Assembly: GCA_944386355.1 (NCBI GenBank)
Contig: CALXAU010000001.1
Location: forward strand, 1-60,385
DNA from: an uncultured Clostridia bacterium
GTDB taxonomy: Bacteria > Bacillota > Clostridia > TANB77 > CAG-508
Direction of reading: 5' to 3'
DNA: 60,385 nt
Shown here piece by piece: positions 30,997 through 38,879 of this stretch. The first letter of the stretch is position 1. Each line of letters begins with the position of its first letter. Under the pieces are notes generated by a model, which was not told where the DNA came from, searched no databases, and saw only the letters and a list, made by a program, of their open reading frames with translations. The translations under genes were made by a program, and so were the position numbers.

Positions 30997-31266
30997 TTAA
31001 ACTTTTCTATAAATAAATATAGCAAGTACCATTCCTATAATACTTGATATGTTTATTTTAAATAATAAAGCAAATGTTATTTTTAGTACACTTAAGTCTA
31101 GTACTAATGGTGTTTCTAACCCAAATTGTTGTCCAAAAGATAACCACCATAACCAATCTACTTTTGAGGCAAGTTCTCCTAATAGTCCCCCTATTACTAA
31201 TCCTGATAATATAAAAATTAATAGTATCCATATATTTTTATCTTTCGTTGCCATTTTTAATATCAT
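30997..31266 (-). CDS. Small membrane protein, DUF4321-like
   Basis: 89 aa with the pattern LSGLVIGGLLGEL...LDLSVLKITF and a position upstream of radC/mreB, as often seen in Clostridia. The family assignment is from memory. Confidence 0.5.
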   Translation of the reverse strand: MILKMATKDKNIWILLIFILSGLVIGGLLGELASKVDWLWWLSFGQQFGLETPLVLDLSVLKITFALLFKINISSIIGMVLAIFIYRKV

Positions 31267-31350
31267 TCCTTCCTAAGGCACAAATTTTGGTTGTAAAAAA
31301 TTTAAATTATTTCTCAACCTTTTCTTCATTTTTTGGTTTTTCCTCTTTTC

Positions 31351-31412
31351 TTTTGAAAATAAAATATATAATATTTATTTTCACTTTTAGTTGCGAAACA
31401 AAAAGTTTCATA
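31351..31412. repeat. Copy D of a ~65-nt intergenic repeat (TTTGAAAATAAAATA..AATATTTATTTTCACTTT.AGTTGCGAAAC.AAAAGTTTCATA)
   Basis: Near-identical copies lie at 35577-35640 (same orientation) and 34118-34197 (inverted). Confidence 0.8.
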
Positions 31413-31544
31413 TGCTTTTCTATCTTCTAGAACTTCTTATTTTTTCCTCTGTTATTATATATTGATTTTACAAATTTTTCAAGTGTATTTTTTATTTTCT
31501 AATGCTAACAGTTACTAGTTAAGGATTTTTCACTTCTTATTACT

Positions 31545-31640
31545 CAAAAGTATTGATATATTAATATTTTGCAGGCAAGACCCAGATTGTTAAACCCCTG
31601 CTATGTTTTGCCAAATAATATTAATATATCAATACTTTTG
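31545..31640. repeat. 24-bp perfect inverted repeat flanking a 48-nt G/C-containing core
   Basis: CAAAAGTATTGATATATTAATATT (31545-31568) pairs with AATATTAATATATCAATACTTTTG (31617-31640). The core contains GCAGG...CCTGC. Confidence 0.9.
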
Positions 31641-31774
31641 TTATTTATCATTAAAATCATTAGCAATGGTAGACAGATTAGCATATAAAACACATATATT
31701 AGATTTATCAAGAGATGTAAGCCATAGATATGAAGAAACAGTCAAATGGTAAAAAGAAAAAGAATTAGCATGAG

Positions 31775-32134
31775 AATGGTTATCTTATTCCGTTATAGCC
31801 AAATCTTTTAGAAAATAAATTATATATAATTATTCCGTCGATATAACTATTATAGCCAAAGTTAAAAGAATTATTCTGGAGATTGGGTTTGGGCAAAGCC
31901 AATATTTCTAATTGCAAAGTGGACCATTTTTCACTTGACAAATACAACTTGTAAAGTAGCCTTACCCTCTTATACAGCCTTAATATCAAGTTTTTGTACA
32001 TCGAGCCATGATTTTGATACACACTTCCTCCACTTCCACCTCACGATGGATAGCTTGTGCTTCTCTATATGGTTGGCGATATCTACCTCCACTACGGACT
32101 TTCACCGATTAGCTAAACGACATGCCTGTCGCAC
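31775..32134 (-). mobile_element. Group II intron RNA, 5' portion (class C-like), no reverse-transcriptase ORF; 3' boundary uncertain
   Basis: The minus strand starts GUGCGACAGGCAUGUCG...AAUCGGUGAAAGUCCGUAGUGGAGG, which has the GUGCG 5' consensus and a GGUGAAAGUCC-type element recalled from bacterial introns. It begins 8 nt after a terminator-like hairpin. The only ORF inside (31780-32022) is not RT-like. Confidence 0.4.
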
Positions 32135-32142
32135 TATGAAGA

Positions 32143-32172
32143 AATGGAGTGGTAGTATAATATCACTCCATT
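32143..32172 (-). terminator. Terminator-like hairpin of the 32194-32547 gene; presumed intron target site
   Basis: AATGGAGTG-12 nt-CACTCCATT, followed on the minus strand by UCUUCAUA and then GUGCG. Confidence 0.55.
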
Positions 32173-32193
32173 TTAATCTAATTAAATATACAA

Positions 32194-32547
32194 TTACTTT
32201 TTTCTATTTTTAAATATATCATCTGGATTATATTTATTTCTTCTCTCTTCTTCTCTTTTTTGCTTGTCATAATTTTCTTTTGCTAATATTCTTTCTCTTT
32301 GATAATCGGTAGCCCAATAATCTCTAAAAATATTAGCAAAAATTGCTTTTGTTTTTTCTGACATTTTTTGCTCATCAAATGACTTTGTTATATCAACTTG
32401 ATAATCATATGTTCTATCCATATTTCTAAGATATAATTTTAATTTTTCCTTTGGAATTTTTCTAACTGATTCCTTTGGGAAAAATTTTAATAATTCTATT
32501 ACTTCTTTATATGCTTTTTCGTATGTATCTTCCATATTTACCTCCAA
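32194..32547 (-). CDS. Hypothetical protein (117 aa)
   Basis: ORF with upstream RBS-like GGAGG. No family recognised. Confidence 0.5.
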   Translation of the reverse strand: MEVNMEDTYEKAYKEVIELLKFFPKESVRKIPKEKLKLYLRNMDRTYDYQVDITKSFDEQKMSEKTKAIFANIFRDYWATDYQRERILAKENYDKQKREEERRNKYNPDDIFKNRKK

Positions 32548-32550
32548 ATA

Positions 32551-32940
32551 TTATAAACTTTTCAATTCTTCCGCCGTTCTTTGTATACTTTCTAGTGCCT
32601 CTTCATGTGCTTCTGCTCTTTCTTTCTCACTTAGCCTTGAAAGTAGTGTTGTTTTGCCAGCTTCCTGTTCTGAAAATAATCCAAGTTGTTTTAATTTATC
32701 TAATGCAGAACCTTCATCAACACCATCTAATCCAACATCAGCTTCTGTTTGTGATATATCTCCTTCCTCTCCTAATAACTGATCAATCTCTGCTAATAGT
32801 GTATCAGAATCAATGTTTACTGGGCTTAAAGTACCTAAACCATCTCTATTTCCTAACTTTTTATTAACCTTTTGTATAACAAGTTCATTATCACTTATAT
32901 AATCTAAAACTTTTCCTTTTCTACTCTCTAAACTACGCAT
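32551..32940 (-). CDS. Hypothetical acidic protein (129 aa), visibly richer in G/C than its neighbours
   Basis: ORF with RBS AAGGAGGGAA upstream. No family recognised. Confidence 0.5.
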   Translation of the reverse strand: MRSLESRKGKVLDYISDNELVIQKVNKKLGNRDGLGTLSPVNIDSDTLLAEIDQLLGEEGDISQTEADVGLDGVDEGSALDKLKQLGLFSEQEAGKTTLLSRLSEKERAEAHEEALESIQRTAEELKSL

Positions 32941-33221
32941 ATAATTCCCTCCTTAAATAAAAATAAATACTACTATTATTATACCATAATTATTTGATTT
33001 TGTGAAATTTTGCATTTTCTTGGCTGCAAAAAAGAGTAAACTTATTATATTGCTACTTTTTTATCTTGATTTTTAAAAATTTTATAGTTATTCATTTTTA
33101 AGTCGATTTTCAAAATAGTTTTCCACAGGTGTAGGTTATTTTTATTAAGCTATAGCATTTTCTATAGTCATGTTTACGTAATTATATGAATTGTTTTATT
33201 TTTACCCTAAAGTTCACAAAA

Positions 33222-33374
33222 TGTACCTTGAACTATAATTTTTTATATGTTATAATTGTTCTACTGTATTGTACAAGCTTTTGAAATATTTTGTACAAAA
33301 GATTTTTAAGATTTTATTTATATACTTTTAACTTTTAGTATATCTTCTTTGTACAAATTGCCAGAAATTGTACC
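33222..33374. promoter_or_regulatory. Cluster of TGTACA boxes upstream of the mecA-like gene, including two perfect TTTGTACAAA palindromes
   Basis: Boxes at 33222-33227, 33269-33276, 33290-33299, 33348-33357 and 33367-33374. Confidence 0.4.
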
Positions 33375-33426
33375 TTTTCATATTATATAATTAGTAGTAT
33401 AATAGAAATAGATATGGAGGATTTTA

Positions 33427-34062
33427 ATGAAAATAGAAAAATTAACTGATAATAAAATTAGAATAATTATTAGCACTGAAGATTTAAAAGAAAAAAATAT
33501 TGATTTACATACATTTATGGCAGAAGCTATTGAGTCTCAGACGATTTTTTTAGAAATGCTAAATCAAGCTGAAAAAGAAGTTGGATTTGTTACTAAAGGA
33601 TGCAAATTGTTAATTGAAGCTTTTTCTTCTATGGATGGTATTTTTGTATTTACTATTACTAAATATGCACCAGATGTAGAAAGTTCTCCAACTATTAAGA
33701 AAAAACTAGTAGGAGTAAGAAGAAAAACATCTAATTTTTCTAGAGCTTTTGCTATATACTCTTTTTTAGATATAGAAGAATTTTTTAAATTTTGCGAATT
33801 TTTATCTTCTTCTAGTATTTCTAATATTTCTAAATTAGCTAAAAAAGTTAGTTTATATTTATATAAAAATACATATTATCTAGTTTTTAATGATATTAAT
33901 ACAGAATATCCTGATTTAAAACATTTCTTTTCTTCTATTTCTGAATTTGGAAAAATTGTTAGTGGAAATAATGTTTTTGAAAGAAAATTAATTGAGCATG
34001 GTACTATTATTTTTAAGAAGAATGCATTATCTAATGGAATTAAATATTTTTGTGCAAAGTAA
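33427..34062 (+). CDS. mecA: MecA-like adaptor protein
   Basis: The N-terminus MKIEKLTDNKIRIIISTEDLKEKNIDLHTFM matches the typical MecA start (MxIERI..nT.k......dl..rg). The length is 211 aa. Confidence 0.5.
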   Translation: MKIEKLTDNKIRIIISTEDLKEKNIDLHTFMAEAIESQTIFLEMLNQAEKEVGFVTKGCKLLIEAFSSMDGIFVFTITKYAPDVESSPTIKKKLVGVRRKTSNFSRAFAIYSFLDIEEFFKFCEFLSSSSISNISKLAKKVSLYLYKNTYYLVFNDINTEYPDLKHFFSSISEFGKIVSGNNVFERKLIEHGTIIFKKNALSNGIKYFCAK

Positions 34063-34072
34063 TATTATATTT

Positions 34073-34220
34073 CAATTTTATGCAAGTAAAATTGTGTGCA
34101 ATAATTGATGTTATATGAAACACTATGAAACTTTTTAGTTTCGCAACTCAAAGTGAAAATAAATATTAAATATTTTATTTTCAAAAGAAAGTCAATATGA
34201 CTTTCCTAATATATAAAAAA
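34073..34220. repeat. Copy B of the dispersed intergenic repeat family
   Basis: CAATTTTATGCAAGTAAAATTGTGTGCA... followed by the inverted ~65-nt unit and ...CTTTCCTAATATATAAAAA, which is shared with copy C. Confidence 0.8.
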
Positions 34221-34223
34221 TAA

Positions 34224-34265
34224 CAGATATAAATTCTTTATAATTAATTTATATCTGCTTTTTTT
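34224..34265. terminator. Bidirectional Rho-independent terminator between convergent genes
   Basis: CAGATATAAATT-10 nt-AATTTATATCTG followed by CTTTTTTT. Confidence 0.6.
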
Positions 34266-34336
34266 ATATACTATTATTAATAAATTACACTTGTTTATTT
34301 AATATATCTAATAAATAATTTTAAAAAAATTTTATA

Positions 34337-35353
34337 TTAGTACAAATAATTTTGAGGATTATATGCAACTCCATTTACTCTTACTTCTAAATGCAAATGT
34401 GGTCCTGTTGAATTTCCTGTTGAACCTACGGCTGCTATAGTTTCTCCTTGAGATACTGTTTGTCCAACTTTTGCATATAGTTTGCTACAATGTCCATAAT
34501 ATGTTTGAATTCCATTCCCATGTGATATTACTATTAAATATCCATATGAACCTTTATATCCTGAAAATGTAACTGTTCCAGAAGCTGCAGCTTTTATTGG
34601 TGTTCCTTTAGCTGTTGCTATATCTAATCCTGTATGTGATGACACTCTTATTCTACTAGATGCTCCAAATCTAGATGTTATTGTTCCAGACACAGGCTTT
34701 ATAAGAGCTAATCCTAATGACACCTTTCCTGATGAAGTTTTAGAAGATGTATTTACTGTTCCCTTTTTTTCAGTAGTTTTTGCAACATAAACATCTTTTG
34801 GTGGCTCTACATATAACTTTGAAATAGCCTCTTCCGTAGAAACAAAATCTTTTACTTGTGTTTCATATTTTTCTGCAATTGAAATATTATCTTTATTTGT
34901 ACTGTTTTTTTCTTTTAACTGATTTATTATACTTTCTGCTTCTTCAAAAGTTGAAACATATATTTTTTCTTCTCCATTTTCTAATATTGCATAATATTTA
35001 TAATATGGTATCCCTTGATTTTTAATATTTTCATATATTTCATCATCATTTGTTACTATTCCCTTTTTTAAAAGGCATAATTTATATTCTGGCAAGTTTT
35101 CTACTTGAACAAAAGCAGTATTTCCGCCATCTCCATTTTCTATATACTCATTTATTCTTTTTTGAAGATTACTTTTATCTGATGTATATCCTATTTGTTG
35201 TCCATTTATGCTAACACTATATGTAGGTTTGTATAAAAAAGCAACTACCCCTACTATTAAAAAAGTAGCAATCATTGATAATATTATCATTTTAATTGAT
35301 TTCTTAGTATGTATTATTACTTTTTTGAACATTAAATACTCTCCTTTGTACAT
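34337..35353 (-). CDS. M23-family peptidoglycan metalloendopeptidase, membrane anchored
   Basis: Shows HTGLDIA...GSTGNSTGPHLHLEVRVNG and an N-terminal TM. Confidence 0.8.
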   Translation of the reverse strand: MYKGEYLMFKKVIIHTKKSIKMIILSMIATFLIVGVVAFLYKPTYSVSINGQQIGYTSDKSNLQKRINEYIENGDGGNTAFVQVENLPEYKLCLLKKGIVTNDDEIYENIKNQGIPYYKYYAILENGEEKIYVSTFEEAESIINQLKEKNSTNKDNISIAEKYETQVKDFVSTEEAISKLYVEPPKDVYVAKTTEKKGTVNTSSKTSSGKVSLGLALIKPVSGTITSRFGASSRIRVSSHTGLDIATAKGTPIKAAASGTVTFSGYKGSYGYLIVISHGNGIQTYYGHCSKLYAKVGQTVSQGETIAAVGSTGNSTGPHLHLEVRVNGVAYNPQNYLY

Positions 35354-35576
35354 ATTGGTTTTATTGTATTTTAAAACAAGTTTTAATGCAAATTTTGGTT
35401 TTTTTCATTTTCCGTAAGTTTTTACGTTTTTTTTAAGTTTATCTTTATTATTTTTAGTTTTTCTCTGTTTTTCTCAATTATATGTATTAATCTATATTTT
35501 CCATACTTCTAAATACTTAAATCTGTAAATATCCTTTAAATTACGTAGCTTAAAAAAATTTTATTTTCATTAATTT

Positions 35577-35780
35577 CTGAAAATAAAATAAATAATATTT
35601 ATTTTCACTTTGTGTTGCTTAACTAAAAAGCTTCATAGGGTTTCCTATACAAAAACAAATCGGAAAGCCCTGATTTAATACAAACTTTAACTTTCTCTTT
35701 GGCTTTTAAGTAAATTTGTTCTGTGCCAATTTTACACAAGTAAAATTGTGTACAATGGCTTTCCTAATATATAAAAATAG
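35577..35780. repeat. Copy C of the dispersed intergenic repeat family (all three modules)
   Basis: Contains the ~65-nt unit, then TTTCCTATACAAAAACAAATCGGAAAGCCC...CTTTTAAGTAAATTT, then CCAATTTTACACAAGTAAAATTGTGTACA...CTTTCCTAATATATAAAAA. Confidence 0.8.
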
Positions 35781-35799
35781 ACTATCTAATAAGATAGTC
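35780..35799 (-). terminator. Terminator of the CotF pair
   Basis: GACTATCT-4 nt-AGATAGTC, followed on the minus strand by a T-rich run. Confidence 0.55.
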
Positions 35800-35811
35800 A
35801 AATATTTAAAA

Positions 35812-36066
35812 TTATCCTTGTAATTCTGTTTTTACTGTTTGAATTTCTGTAACTGTAGCTTTTTGTGCAGGTTTATAATATCCTTTTGTTTCTGCTATTT
35901 TAAATAGCTCATATTGAAAACTTTCGTCATTATTTCTTATTTGTTGAAAAGTTTGTCTTAGTTGCATATTTTCAGATTCAGATATTGCTGTTTGATATGC
36001 TGTTAAATCTGCTTTTACACTACCTAAAATATCATTTACCATTGTTTTTTCTTCCATTAAACTCAT
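35812..36066 (-). CDS. Spore coat protein, CotF-domain
   Basis: Contains DILGSVKADLTAYQTAISESENMQLRQTF...ETKGYYKP, a Coat F-like pattern. Confidence 0.55.
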   Translation of the reverse strand: MSLMEEKTMVNDILGSVKADLTAYQTAISESENMQLRQTFQQIRNNDESFQYELFKIAETKGYYKPAQKATVTEIQTVKTELQG

Positions 36067-36075
36067 CCTTTCTTT

Positions 36076-36327
36076 TTAATTATTTAAAAATGTCATTAAT
36101 TTTTGTTTTGTATTTAGACTGTCTTGTGCTGCTTTTGTAAATATTTGTTTAATTTGTGGATCAACTGCTTGTGTTGAATATGTGTTTAATTTTTGATATG
36201 CTGTTTCGTGTGCACCTATTAGATGTCTTAAGTGTTGTAATTCAACTTGTGATAAATCTGCCATTTTTATCATTCCTTTCTTTGTTTTTTCTTTTATATT
36301 ATTTACTTTTTTGGGATTTTTATACAA
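36076..36327 (-). CDS. Small CotF-associated spore-coat-like protein (probable start at 36264)
   Basis: Contains LSQVELQHLRHLIGAHETAYQKLNTYSTQAVDPQIKQIF. RBS AAAGGAA precedes the internal ATG. Confidence 0.4.
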   Translation of the reverse strand: MYKNPKKVNNIKEKTKKGMIKMADLSQVELQHLRHLIGAHETAYQKLNTYSTQAVDPQIKQIFTKAAQDSLNTKQKLMTFLNN

Positions 36328-36415
36328 AAAAATAAAGTTATATAAATTTTAGTAATCTATATAACTTTACTTAAATTAATAATTATCTATTTTTTAGTCA
36401 TACTAATCTCTATCT

Positions 36416-36805
36416 TTATGATGCACTACCACCTGAACCTAAACTAAATAGCATTGATGCAATTTGTAATGTTCCCATTAAAACAACAATCCCTACTATT
36501 AATGGTATAAAAGATTTTTTGTAATCTGCTTTTTCTTCAACACTGCCTGTTATGTATTTAATGCCTAAATATGCAATAACACATATTCCAATACCTATAC
36601 CAATTGTTCTAATTAATTTTAGTATATTTATTAATAAAGTATTAAATTCACCATTTGAGTCAGCTCCTATTTTGCCATCTTCTATTGATATCCCTGCTAC
36701 GTCAGTAGCATTTACTACTATAGGCATGCAAAAACTAAACATAATAGTGGCTATTAGACTAAAAATTATAATTTTTGTTAATTTATTTTTCATATTTTCC
36801 TCCAT
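36416..36805 (-). CDS. VirB2/TrbC-like two-TM hairpin protein (pilin-like), paralog 1
   Basis: Has a signal peptide and a C-terminal TM - GIKYITGSVEEKADYKKSFIP - TM. Confidence 0.45.
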   Translation of the reverse strand: MEENMKNKLTKIIIFSLIATIMFSFCMPIVVNATDVAGISIEDGKIGADSNGEFNTLLINILKLIRTIGIGIGICVIAYLGIKYITGSVEEKADYKKSFIPLIVGIVVLMGTLQIASMLFSLGSGGSAS

Positions 36806-36840
36806 CCTTTTATTTATATTTTAAAATTTTAATAACTTTT

Positions 36841-37386
36841 TTATGCCCATGGGTTTAAATTCACATAGTTTAAAGTACTATAAATTAGACTTACTATTAT
36901 AATAACTCCATTAAATATTAATATTCCTATAGTAAAATTTACAAAAGTTTTCTTATATTCTGCTTTTTCTTCAACACTACCTAACATGAACTTAATTCCC
37001 ATAATAGAAATACATATTATTCCTATCCCTATTCCCATAAGTCTTATTACTCCTAGTGCTTTTCCTAAAATTGGTTCAACTAATGAACTTTTACCTGTAT
37101 TTGGTTTAAATTGACTTTTATCTAATCCGTATCGCTCTATTATACTTCCAGATACATCTTGTTGTTGTGTGTCTTGAGTATCTTCCTCATCTTCTTCTGC
37201 TTTAGTTGATTGTTTTGATGTATCTGATTTTTCTAATGACTGCGATTCCTGACTAGTTACTCCATCATCAACTGGTTCTTGCTTAGCATAAACCATAGTA
37301 TTCATAACTACGATACTACTTATACTTATATAAATAAAGATATAAATTATTTTTTTTAGCATAGTTCTCTCCTTTCTGTTATACAT
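36841..37386 (-). CDS. VirB2/TrbC-like hairpin protein, paralog 2, with an acidic Q/D/E/T-rich extracellular spacer
   Basis: C-terminal TM - GIKFMLGSVEEKAEYKKTFVN - TM. Confidence 0.45.
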   Translation of the reverse strand: MYNRKERTMLKKIIYIFIYISISSIVVMNTMVYAKQEPVDDGVTSQESQSLEKSDTSKQSTKAEEDEEDTQDTQQQDVSGSIIERYGLDKSQFKPNTGKSSLVEPILGKALGVIRLMGIGIGIICISIMGIKFMLGSVEEKAEYKKTFVNFTIGILIFNGVIIIVSLIYSTLNYVNLNPWA

Positions 37387-37573
37387 TTTATTATTTTTTA
37401 TAAATAGAAAATTTTTGTAGTGAGTATGATATAAGGAGATTCCTATAAAAACATTAACTTATAAAACTTTTTTTATGTTTTATAAATGTTTACTATAAAA
37501 ATTCTTTCTTTATTAATTATATATTATTTTTAGCTTTTTTTCAATAGTTTTTTATAAATTGTGTCAATTTATG

Positions 37574-37693
37574 GTTACAGTTCAGTAAGGACATAAATCA
37601 TTAAGTTATTCAATGTGTGTTAAGTCTAATTTTTTATAAAAAAGCCTGAAAAAGCATTTTGAAGCCTAAAAAATTTTTTTACTGAACTGTAAC
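37574..37693. repeat. 15-bp perfect inverted repeat flanking a 90-bp segment in the intergenic region upstream of the 36841-37386 gene
   Basis: GTTACAGTTCAGTAA (37574-37588) pairs with TTACTGAACTGTAAC (37679-37693). The interior has a tandem AAGCCTGAAAAA / AAGCCTAAAAAA. Confidence 0.85.
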
Positions 37694-37734
37694 AATTTAT
37701 GTAATATTAACAATAAATATTAGTATACTTTTAA

Positions 37735-38826
37735 TTATATACTTTCTAATAAGGTTACAGTTACATTCCATATACTAAAAGCTCCAAAGCAAATCATTGC
37801 TCCTATTAAATATGGAATTAAAGATTCTTTTATTTCTGCTTTTTCCTCTACACTTGAAATCATTGTTTTTATTCCTATAAAAGCACCTAAAATTACTGAT
37901 ATAATAATAGATAAAGTCATTAATATATTATTGATAGTTTTTGATGTATTTATTAATGCTCCACCAACTATAACTGTTGATAGGTTTCCGTCATTATCTT
38001 TCAAATTGCTTACAAATGCTTGTGCTTCTGATAATATTTCATTTATACTATGTTCTTTTGAACCTTCTTTTTGTAACAATTCTATTTCTCTATATTTCTC
38101 TTCTTCTTTTACTCCATAATAATCTTTTTCTTCTTCAGTATTTTCATTAGAATTATTACTACTATTCCCTGTATTTATACTTGTAGTTCCTGTAAGATTA
38201 TCTTGTCCTCCCTGCCCATAAATAATTGTAACTTCTGGAAAAACTTGCCCCTGTTTATCAATATAGCATCCTGCATTTTCTCCAACGCTTTCTAAGTATT
38301 CTCCATTTACCTTATCATATTTACAATTTGCTCCTTCTAAATATACTCTAAAATCTAAATGTGGACCTGTAGATAGTCCTGTAGAACCTACCTGTCCTAC
38401 CACCTGTCCTTGTGTAACTGTTTGTCCCTTTTGAACTGAAATTACAGAAAGATGATTGTACATAGTTTTATAAACACCATTATGTGATACCCAAACTTGT
38501 AGACCACAGCCTCCATTATTTATATCATTTCCATCACCAATATATTCTACTACACCACTTTGTACTGCTTTAACAGGAGTTCCTTGATTTGCAGAAATAT
38601 CTCTTCCATGGTGAAAATCTGCTACTCCAGCTACTGGCTTTACAGGTCTTGGTCCAACAGGATCTCTAATTTGTTTATATGAATCTAAAGGGAATATCCA
38701 GTTTAATTCTACAGCATAACTATTTCTTGCAAATACTAATATAGAAAAGAAAAATATAATAATTATTAGTAAAATTTTTTTCTTCATATTAAATTTCATT
38801 CCTTTCTCGCTTCGCTCTGAAGGCAC
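37735..38826 (-). CDS. M23 peptidase fused to a VirB2-like C-terminal hairpin module
   Basis: The M23 part shows HHGRDISA...GSTGLSTGPHLDFRV. It is followed by EEEKYREIELLQKEGSKEHSINEILSEA and TM - GIKTMISSVEEKAEIKESLIP - TM. Confidence 0.7.
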   Translation of the reverse strand: MPSERSEKGMKFNMKKKILLIIIIFFFSILVFARNSYAVELNWIFPLDSYKQIRDPVGPRPVKPVAGVADFHHGRDISANQGTPVKAVQSGVVEYIGDGNDINNGGCGLQVWVSHNGVYKTMYNHLSVISVQKGQTVTQGQVVGQVGSTGLSTGPHLDFRVYLEGANCKYDKVNGEYLESVGENAGCYIDKQGQVFPEVTIIYGQGGQDNLTGTTSINTGNSSNNSNENTEEEKDYYGVKEEEKYREIELLQKEGSKEHSINEILSEAQAFVSNLKDNDGNLSTVIVGGALINTSKTINNILMTLSIIISVILGAFIGIKTMISSVEEKAEIKESLIPYLIGAMICFGAFSIWNVTVTLLESI

Positions 38827-38879
38827 ACATAGTTATGAAAATTTTTTCTTTCAAACTATCACCCCTTATTCTAAGTTTG

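Noticed and set aside
31780-32022. 80-aa minus-strand ORF as an intron-encoded protein
   Set aside because: No reverse-transcriptase or maturase motifs are present. It is likely a chance ORF inside the RNA element.
34073-35780. CRISPR array or tracrRNA-like repeats
   Set aside because: The repeats are dispersed single copies with different module orders, not regularly spaced direct repeats. No cas genes are present.
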